From: an uncultured Bacillota bacterium | Lineage (GTDB): Bacteria; Bacillota_I; Bacilli_A; RF39; UBA660 | Length of the DNA stretch: 32,894 bases | Direction of reading: 5' to 3' | NCBI GenBank assembly: GCA_945928335.1 | Contig: CAMENK010000001.1 | Coordinates: 1-32,894, forward strand | Part shown: in pieces, positions 26,317-32,513 of the stretch | Position numbering within the stretch: the first letter of the stretch is position 1 | Layout of the letters: the number at the start of each line of letters is the position of its first letter | Translations under genes and position numbers: made by a program | Notes under the pieces: generated by a model | Told to the model about the DNA's origin: nothing | The model's database searches: none | Seen by the model: the letters and a program-made list of their open reading frames with translations, nothing else

Positions 26317-26354
26317 CCTTTTTTTTAAAAAAAATTTCTATTAAAATTATTCTA

Positions 26355-26383
26355 TTGACAAACATTTTTTTGTATTATATTAT
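26355..26383 (+). promoter_or_regulatory. recG promoter
   Basis: TTGACA (26355-26360), 17 nt, then TATTAT (26378-26383), with GGTGAG SD before ATG 26402. Confidence 0.55.
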
Positions 26384-26401
26384 ATATTTATGGTGAGTTA
26401 A

Positions 26402-28399
26402 ATGGAACTAGAAAAAATTAAAGGAATAGGAGATAAAAGTAAAGTCTTACTTAATACTATTGGAATAAATAATGTAGAAGAATTACTTGAGTATTATCCA
26501 TATAGATATATTGAATATAAAGTAAATAATATAAATGATGTTAAAGATGGAGATGAAGTCATAATTATTGGGAAAGTAGATAGTGTTCCTTTAGTTAGAT
26601 TTTTTAAAGCTAAATTAAATAGTTTAACTTTTAGATTATATTCAAATAATAAGATGATAAATGTGAGTATATTTAATCGAGCTTTTATGAAAAATAATTT
26701 AACTCCGGGTAAGGTAGCAACTGTTATTGGAAAATATAATGAAAAGAAGAATACAATTAGCGCTACTAATATATTATTAAATGGAGTAGTTGATGGTAGT
26801 ATAGAAAGTGTATATCATTTGACTAGTGGACTTACTAATAAACAACTTACTAAATATATTGATACAGCTTTAAATATGAATGTTGATGTAAATGACAATA
26901 TTCCTGAATACTTAAGTTTAAAATATAATTTTGTAAAGAAGAAAGATGCTTTACATAAAATTCATAGACCTAGAAATATTAGAGATATTAAAGAAGCAAA
27001 ATTAAGGCTTATTTATGAAGAGTTGTTTACTTTTATGTTTAAGATAAATTATTTAAAGTTTACAAAAACAAAAGAATGTAATAAAGTACCTAAAAAATTT
27101 GATATAAGGGAAGTTCAAGATTTTTTGAGTAGTTTGCCTTTTGAGTTGACTGCTGATCAAAAGAAAGCAATTGTTGATATTGAAAAGGATTTAGAAAGTA
27201 CTAGTAGAATGAATAGACTTTTATGTGGGGATGTTGGAAGTGGCAAGACTATTGTTAGTGTAGTTGCTAGTTATATGTGCTTTTTGAGTGGATATCAAAC
27301 TGCTTTGATGGCTCCTACAGAAATACTTGCTATTCAACATTATGATAATATTAGAAAATTGATGGCCAATACTAATATGAGAATAGAATTATTAGTTGGA
27401 AGTACTAAAAAGAAAGATAAAGATATAATTTATGAAAAATTAGAAAATGGTGAAATAGATTTAATTATAGGAACTCACGCTATTATAAGTGAAAAAGTTA
27501 AGTTTAAGAATTTAGGACTTGTAATTACAGATGAACAACATAGGTTTGGAGTTAATCAAAGAAATTCTTTAAGGAATAAAGGAGAATTACCTGATATTTT
27601 ATATATGTCAGCAACTCCTATACCTAGAACTTATGCTTTAACTATTTATGGTGATATGGATATTTCTTTAATTAAGACAAAACCTAGTGGTAGAAAAGAG
27701 ATTAAAACTATAATAAAACCTGAAAGTGAAATAAAAGATGTTTTATATATGATGCTAGAAGAAATTAAAAAAGGGCATCAAATATATGTAGTAACGCCTC
27801 TTATAGAAGAAAGTGAAAGTAGTGAAATTAATGCAGTTACAGAGATTAAGAATAAGTTAGAAACTGCTTTTAATAACAAAGTTAAGATTGGATTATTGCA
27901 TGGTAAATTAGATAAACAAGATAAAGATAAAGTTATGGAGGATTTCAAAGAAGGGAAGAGTAAAATTCTTGTTAGTACTACTGTAATAGAAGTTGGTGTT
28001 GATGTTCAGAATGCAACTATGATTGTTATTTTTAATGCTGAAAGATTTGGTCTAGCTACACTTCATCAATTAAGAGGAAGAATTGGAAGAAATAGTTTAG
28101 ATTCTACTTGTGTTTTAATTGGTAGTAAGAATAATAAAAGACTTAAAGTAATGGAAGAAAGCACAGATGGGTTTTATATCACTGAGAAAGATTTTGAAAT
28201 GAGAAAAGAAGGCGATTTGTTTGGGGTTAAACAAAGTGGAGATATGGCATTTAAAATCGCGGATATTAAGAGAGACTTTAAGGTTTTAATGCAAGCAAAG
28301 TCTGATTCAGAACAATTTTTAAAAGAAAATGTTATAAATGCCTTTAAAAATTATGAAAATTATTATAAAATAGTAAACGAAATTAAAAGTTTAGATTAG
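26402..28399 (+). CDS. recG: ATP-dependent DNA helicase RecG
   Basis: N-terminal wedge/OB region plus SF2 helicase motifs GDVGSGKT, DEQHRFG, SATPIPRT, and LHQLRGRIGR. Confidence 0.9.
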   Translation: MELEKIKGIGDKSKVLLNTIGINNVEELLEYYPYRYIEYKVNNINDVKDGDEVIIIGKVDSVPLVRFFKAKLNSLTFRLYSNNKMINVSIFNRAFMKNNLTPGKVATVIGKYNEKKNTISATNILLNGVVDGSIESVYHLTSGLTNKQLTKYIDTALNMNVDVNDNIPEYLSLKYNFVKKKDALHKIHRPRNIRDIKEAKLRLIYEELFTFMFKINYLKFTKTKECNKVPKKFDIREVQDFLSSLPFELTADQKKAIVDIEKDLESTSRMNRLLCGDVGSGKTIVSVVASYMCFLSGYQTALMAPTEILAIQHYDNIRKLMANTNMRIELLVGSTKKKDKDIIYEKLENGEIDLIIGTHAIISEKVKFKNLGLVITDEQHRFGVNQRNSLRNKGELPDILYMSATPIPRTYALTIYGDMDISLIKTKPSGRKEIKTIIKPESEIKDVLYMMLEEIKKGHQIYVVTPLIEESESSEINAVTEIKNKLETAFNNKVKIGLLHGKLDKQDKDKVMEDFKEGKSKILVSTTVIEVGVDVQNATMIVIFNAERFGLATLHQLRGRIGRNSLDSTCVLIGSKNNKRLKVMEESTDGFYITEKDFEMRKEGDLFGVKQSGDMAFKIADIKRDFKVLMQAKSDSEQFLKENVINAFKNYENYYKIVNEIKSLD

Positions 28400-28417
28400 A
28401 AAAAGGAAGTGAAATTT

Positions 28418-29134
28418 ATGGGTAGAGCTCATGAGGTTAGAGCAGCATCTATGGCTAAGACAGCTGCAGCTAAGTCAAAATTATATTCAATTTATGCAAA
28501 GGAGATTTATCAAGTAGCAAAGAATGGGGGAACTAATCCTGATGGTAATCCTTCTTTAAAAAGACTTATAGAAAAAGCTAAGAAAGAACAAGTTCCTGCT
28601 GATGTTATTCAAAGAAGTATTGATAAAGTTAATAAGGGAGTTGCTGAAGATTATACTGTATGTGAGTATGAAGCATTTGGACCTGGAGGAAGTAATTTAA
28701 TTATTAAGTGTTTAACTGATAATGTTAATAGAACTGTAGCGAGTATTAAGACTGTAGCAAATAAGACAGCAGCTAAGATTGCTAGTCAAGGGGCAATATC
28801 ATATATGTATGATAATTTATGTGTTTTAGGAATAAAGGGTCATACTGAAGATGAAGTTATGGATGTTTTATTCAATGCTGATATTGATGTTAAAGATATG
28901 GAAACTGATGGAGATATTTTACTAATATATGCTGCATCTACAGATATGTCTAATATGAAGAAAGCATTAGAAGAAGCTTATCCTGGAATATCTTTTGAAG
29001 TAGATGAGATTGGTAAGTATGCTAAAGATATGGTTACATTAGAGGGTGATGATTTAGTTGCTTTTCAAAAGATAATAAATATGCTTAATGAAGTAGATGA
29101 TGTAAGTAATATTTATCATAATGTAAATTTATAA
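28418..29134 (+). CDS. YebC/PmpR (TACO1) family protein, YeeN-like subtype
   Basis: MGRAHEVRAASMAKTAAAKSKLYS...KRLIEKAKKEQVPADVIQRSIDK matches the family layout. ATG 28418 behind AAGGAAG is preferred over GTG 28409. Confidence 0.8.
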   Translation: MGRAHEVRAASMAKTAAAKSKLYSIYAKEIYQVAKNGGTNPDGNPSLKRLIEKAKKEQVPADVIQRSIDKVNKGVAEDYTVCEYEAFGPGGSNLIIKCLTDNVNRTVASIKTVANKTAAKIASQGAISYMYDNLCVLGIKGHTEDEVMDVLFNADIDVKDMETDGDILLIYAASTDMSNMKKALEEAYPGISFEVDEIGKYAKDMVTLEGDDLVAFQKIINMLNEVDDVSNIYHNVNL

Positions 29135-29153
29135 AAAACTTTTGTTAAAATAA

Positions 29154-29182
29154 TTGACAAGTGGGGAAAAATTTTATATCAT
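29154..29182 (+). promoter_or_regulatory. sigma-A type promoter downstream of the yebC-family gene
   Basis: TTGACA (29154-29159), 17 nt, then TATCAT (29177-29182). Confidence 0.5.
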
Positions 29183-29188
29183 TTAATT

Positions 29189-29298
29189 AGCATAGCAGAT
29201 AAAATAAATGTTATGCGAATTCGCTCTTACGATTTTAAGGTGAGAGTGTATTCAACCAAAACCCCCTGAAGAGAGCCGAAAGGCTCTCATTTTTGTTT
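29189..29298 (+). ncRNA. candidate ~110-nt sRNA with an unpaired C-rich segment
   Basis: It sits between the 29154 promoter and a strong terminator, GAGAGCC GAAA GGCUCUC (29271-29288) followed by AUUUUUG. It has two 5' hairpins (GCAUA/UAUGC; GCUCUUAC/GUGAGAGU), then CAACCAAAACCCCCUGAAG. The only ORF is 11 codons. Confidence 0.4.
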
Positions 29299-29349
29299 AT
29301 CCCAACAAAATCAAGGGTTTGCAAAGATTGAAGTAGCCCAAAATGTAAT

Positions 29350-29387
29350 TTTATCTACACTTTATCTACACTTTTTTTGACCTAAAT
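29350..29387 (+). repeat. repeat module A: 11-nt tandem direct repeat (tttatctacac x2) followed by tttttttgacctaaat
   Basis: Read directly. An imperfect copy of the same architecture is at 30803-30841. Confidence 0.6.
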
Positions 29388-29590
29388 TTTTAAGAACAAA
29401 ATTTAGCAATCTCTTATAAAACCTAGAAAAACTTAATATCAAAGTTATTAAAAATAAAAAATTAGTTTTGCCAAGGTATTTAGGGGATTTTTTAAGTAAT
29501 TAGAAAATTTGAGATCCTTTATTTATCTAGGTTTAATAATAAAAAAATAAAATGTTGTTGCCCCCTGGAAGTAGTCTAAGGCAAAAAATG

Positions 29591-29599
29591 TGGTATAAT
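29591..29599 (+). promoter_or_regulatory. extended -10 promoter element (TGGTATAAT) for the NERD gene
   Basis: Perfect TGnTATAAT ending 16 nt upstream of ATG 29616. It implies a very short leader and argues against the TTG 29604 start. Confidence 0.45.
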
Positions 29600-29615
29600 T
29601 AAATTGGTGATATAT

Positions 29616-30620
29616 ATGGGAATTATTGATAATGTTATTGATTCGGCAATAGATGCCTTTAGATTTAAAGATACAATTTTTTACAAAGAAAATAGTGACT
29701 TGCAAGATAGATATGATGCATTAAAAAGATTAAATGATGAATATCCTAATAACAATGATTTAATAAGTGAATTATTTATTATAAAAAAAGGATTAGACGG
29801 TGAGAATGAGATAGCCTATCAACTAAAGAAAGCACATATTGGAATGTATGTTTTGAGAGATGTTAAAGTTAAATATGAAGATCTTACGGCACAGATTGAT
29901 TATGTTATTATTACTCCAGTTTATATTTATTATGTAGAATGCAAGAATTTGGTTGGAAATATAACGGTTACTGATAAAGGAGATTTTATAAGAGAAATTA
30001 CTATTAATGGCAAAAAAATAAAAAAAGGAATGTATTCTCCCCTAAGGCAAGTAGAAGCGCAAAGAGAAGTAATACGTAAAATTTGGGATAGTAATACCAG
30101 TAACTTTAAAAAATTTTTTGCATCTAAAAATTTTGAGTATTATAGAAGAGTTTTAGTAGTGGCTGCTAATCAGGATACTATATTAAATACTAACTATGCA
30201 CCTAAAGATATGAAATATAAGATATTAAGAGCAGATGCATTGGTACGACAAATCGAATATGATTTTAATCACAGAGGAAATGATGAAGTTTTAGATTCAA
30301 GGAAGTCGATGGAAGAATTAGCTAAATCTTATCTGGATTATTCTTCCAAAGATGTAATTGATTATTATGAGTTTTATAAAAGTAAATATTGCAGTAATAT
30401 TATTGGAAATGATGAATTGAGGGATAGACTAATTGAATTTAGAAAACAGAGATCAAATGAAATGGGAGTTCCGGCATATTATGTTTTCACTAATGATGAA
30501 CTTGATAAATTAATAGAAGTTAGACCACAATCAATAGAAGCGTTAAAAAAAGCAAATATATTAACTCCAATAAAAATAAAAACGCATGGAGAACTAATAA
30601 TAAATGAGATTAATAGATAA
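29616..30620 (+). CDS. NERD (nuclease-related domain) protein with C-terminal HRDC-like domain
   Basis: GLDGENEIAYQLKK...IDYVIITPVYIYYVECKN is the PD-(D/E)xK-like core typical of NERD. The C-terminal ELRDRLIEFRKQRSNEMGVPAYYVFTNDELDKLIEVRPQSIEALKK resembles RecQ/RNase D HRDC domains. Confidence 0.7.
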   Translation: MGIIDNVIDSAIDAFRFKDTIFYKENSDLQDRYDALKRLNDEYPNNNDLISELFIIKKGLDGENEIAYQLKKAHIGMYVLRDVKVKYEDLTAQIDYVIITPVYIYYVECKNLVGNITVTDKGDFIREITINGKKIKKGMYSPLRQVEAQREVIRKIWDSNTSNFKKFFASKNFEYYRRVLVVAANQDTILNTNYAPKDMKYKILRADALVRQIEYDFNHRGNDEVLDSRKSMEELAKSYLDYSSKDVIDYYEFYKSKYCSNIIGNDELRDRLIEFRKQRSNEMGVPAYYVFTNDELDKLIEVRPQSIEALKKANILTPIKIKTHGELIINEINR

Positions 30621-30802
30621 ATGTTGCTCCTTTAATAATTAATTTTGAAGAACTGTTCAAATAGAAACGTTAGTAAACGATTGATATTTAAGAAAAAGTG
30701 ATAGTGTTTTTTTGAAAGAATATGAAGGTATCAATATTTAATTATAAGGCTTTGTGAGCGTTGTGTTAGGTGCCAAGTGAATTTTGAAGAAAATAAAATA
30801 AA

Positions 30803-30841
30803 TTGTATCTAATTTGTATCTAAACTGATTTTTGACTAAAT
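30803..30841 (+). repeat. repeat module B: 11-nt-period tandem repeat (ttgtatctaa x2) followed by gatttttgactaaat
   Basis: Read directly. It has the same order and spacing as module A at 29350-29387. Confidence 0.55.
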
Positions 30842-30986
30842 AAAAGCCCGTAAAATAAAGGAAAAATTAGCATTTAGGCAGTCTTCAGGTAGAAGTGGGT
30901 AGATTTCGATTTATGGTATCCTCCAGAAGAGAACGGAAAATCTCCTACAGGGGGATTATAGTCGATGAAAAAATCGGCAATTTTTA

Positions 30987-30995
30987 TGGTATAAT
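30987..30995 (+). promoter_or_regulatory. extended -10 promoter element (TGGTATAAT) for the three-gene unit
   Basis: Perfect TGnTATAAT 40 nt upstream of ATG 31036, which has AAAGGAG SD. Confidence 0.45.
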
Positions 30996-31035
30996 TATAA
31001 ATGAGTGAGAAATCTATCATTAAAGGAGTTGTATT

Positions 31036-31521
31036 ATGAAAAAGAATATATTAACAGAAGAAGAAGTAAAAAAAGAATTAGGAATAGTTGATTTCAGAAC
31101 GATAACAAAAGATAAAATAATGCAATTTGTTTCTTTGATGCCAAAATTAGATAAGGAATTAGCTATTAAAATAATTGAACAATTTCCAAGTTATGCCACA
31201 ATGGCAACATCTATGGTTACTAATTTAATAGATATGTGTAATAACGCTTTAACGAATAGCAAAATTACAGAAAAAGAGGCAATTGAAGCGTATAAATATG
31301 TTTTAGAAACAATTAGAATGGAACTTGAAGATGGAGAAGTAACCCCAGAAGAAAAAGAAAAATATAATAACCAAATGATTGAAGTTGCAGATAAAATTTC
31401 TGAAATAGATGTTAGAAATAAAAAATGGCTTGAAAATATAGTTAAATATGGGACTTCTGTAGTATGTGTTACATTAGCAGTAGGTGCTGCTATATTGGGA
31501 GTAAATTCTAAAAAGAATTAA
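31036..31521 (+). CDS. hypothetical alpha-helical protein with a single C-terminal transmembrane anchor
   Basis: 161 aa with a strong SD. It is charged and helical throughout, then ends in GTSVVCVTLAVGAAILGV. I recognise no family. Confidence 0.55.
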   Translation: MKKNILTEEEVKKELGIVDFRTITKDKIMQFVSLMPKLDKELAIKIIEQFPSYATMATSMVTNLIDMCNNALTNSKITEKEAIEAYKYVLETIRMELEDGEVTPEEKEKYNNQMIEVADKISEIDVRNKKWLENIVKYGTSVVCVTLAVGAAILGVNSKKN

Positions 31522-31556
31522 TACAATTATTAAATTGTATTTAATAATTGTATTAA
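31518..31556. repeat. perfect 18-bp inverted repeat with a 3-nt loop
   Basis: ttaatacaattattaaat (31518-31535) tgt atttaataattgtattaa (31539-31556). It overlaps the stop codon of the 31036 ORF. Confidence 0.8.
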
Positions 31557-31572
31557 AGAGTGATTTATTATT

Positions 31573-32142
31573 ATGGAAACATATCTTGGAATAATAAATG
31601 TAATGGGTTTTATTTTATATTGTATAAATATGTTGTTATATAAATTTACACGAAATGGACAAATAGATACTTTATTAACAATTACATCATTTTTAGGTGG
31701 TTCATTAGGTATTATAATTGCTATATTGTTATTTGATAGAGAAAACGTCAAAGATAATATGATGTCTAGAGTGTTTGTAATATGTATGTTTATAATTCAA
31801 TTAATATTGTTTATAATGCTCAAAGGCAATCATGGAGAAAAGATAACTTTTGCCATTTGGGAATTGTTTGAAAAATATAAGATTCTATTAATATATTTAG
31901 GAATAATAAATTTTATAACATTTACAGTATTTGCATTGGATAAAATGAAAGCCATTTCAGGTCAATGGCGATATAAAATAGTTACTTTATTAGGCTTATG
32001 CTTTATAGGTGGATCAATCGGTGGGTTACTATCTATGTATATATTTAGGCATAAAACTAATGTGGACTATTTTACTTGGGGAATTCCGATTATAATGATA
32101 ATGCAAATTGTTGTAACAATATTTTTAGTGAATGTGATATAA
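31573..32142 (+). CDS. DUF1294-family membrane protein (apparent internal duplication)
   Basis: The C-terminal half, ALDKMKAISGQWRYKIVTLLGLCFIGGSIGGLLSMYIFRHKTN, matches the DUF1294 pattern (DK..A....WR...LL....GG..G......RHKT). The N-terminal half has a degenerate copy (...TLLTITSFLGGSLGIIIAILLFDREN). Confidence 0.6.
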   Translation: METYLGIINVMGFILYCINMLLYKFTRNGQIDTLLTITSFLGGSLGIIIAILLFDRENVKDNMMSRVFVICMFIIQLILFIMLKGNHGEKITFAIWELFEKYKILLIYLGIINFITFTVFALDKMKAISGQWRYKIVTLLGLCFIGGSIGGLLSMYIFRHKTNVDYFTWGIPIIMIMQIVVTIFLVNVI

Positions 32143-32169
32143 ATAAATTAAGGATGAAGGAGTGAGTTT

Positions 32170-32466
32170 ATGAGTAAGAAATATGATTATATAGATTGGT
32201 TTTGTGATAGTTGCGATGCTAATTTAAATAGACAAAGTGGATTTTCTACTTCCAGTGGAAGTTGGACATGTACAGAGTGTGGCGCACAAAATAATGTAAC
32301 TGATGATAATATTTTAAGCGAAGATGAAAATGTTTATCAAAATGAATGTCCTAATTGTGGAGGACATATGAGAAATGCAGTTTATCCGAGTGATTTGTGG
32401 GTTTGTGAAGATTGTGGAACAGAAGCCAAGCAAGATGATTATGGGTTGCTATGGACAAACAAATAA
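32170..32466 (+). CDS. small double zinc-ribbon protein
   Basis: 98 aa with GAAGGAG SD. It has four CxxC pairs (CDSC, CTEC, CPNC, CEDC) arranged as two ribbons. Confidence 0.6.
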   Translation: MSKKYDYIDWFCDSCDANLNRQSGFSTSSGSWTCTECGAQNNVTDDNILSEDENVYQNECPNCGGHMRNAVYPSDLWVCEDCGTEAKQDDYGLLWTNK

Positions 32467-32483
32467 AGATAATAGAAATAATT

Positions 32484-32513
32484 AAGAAAAAAAGCTAGGA
32501 GAGATTCTAGCTT
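32484..32513 (-). terminator. intrinsic terminator of the integrase remnant
   Basis: aagctag (32492-32498) / ctagctt (32507-32513) hairpin. On the minus strand it is followed by TTTTTTTC. The right arm overlaps the integrase stop codon. Confidence 0.6.

Noticed and set aside
26130-26401. A riboswitch or leader controlling recG.
   Set aside because: The recG promoter (26355-26383) lies downstream of the structured region and leaves only a ~15-nt leader. I recognise no known riboswitch consensus.
25911-29226. A shared 9-mer (gagcgaatt on the minus strand) next to the hairpins at 25911-25920 and 29217-29226, as possible evidence for homologous elements.
   Set aside because: A single 9-nt match is expected many times by chance in a window of this size, and the flanks do not align.
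29189-29300. A tRNA or tmRNA gene as the integration target next to the island.
   Set aside because: There is no cloverleaf, no GTTCGAATC-type T-loop, no CCA-proximal acceptor pairing and no tag-peptide reading frame. It is treated only as a candidate sRNA.
29350-29371. Possible CRISPR array or Cas12a-like repeat (atctacac units).
   Set aside because: There are only two adjacent 11-nt units with no spacers. The units are direct repeats, not stem-forming. No cas genes are in the window.
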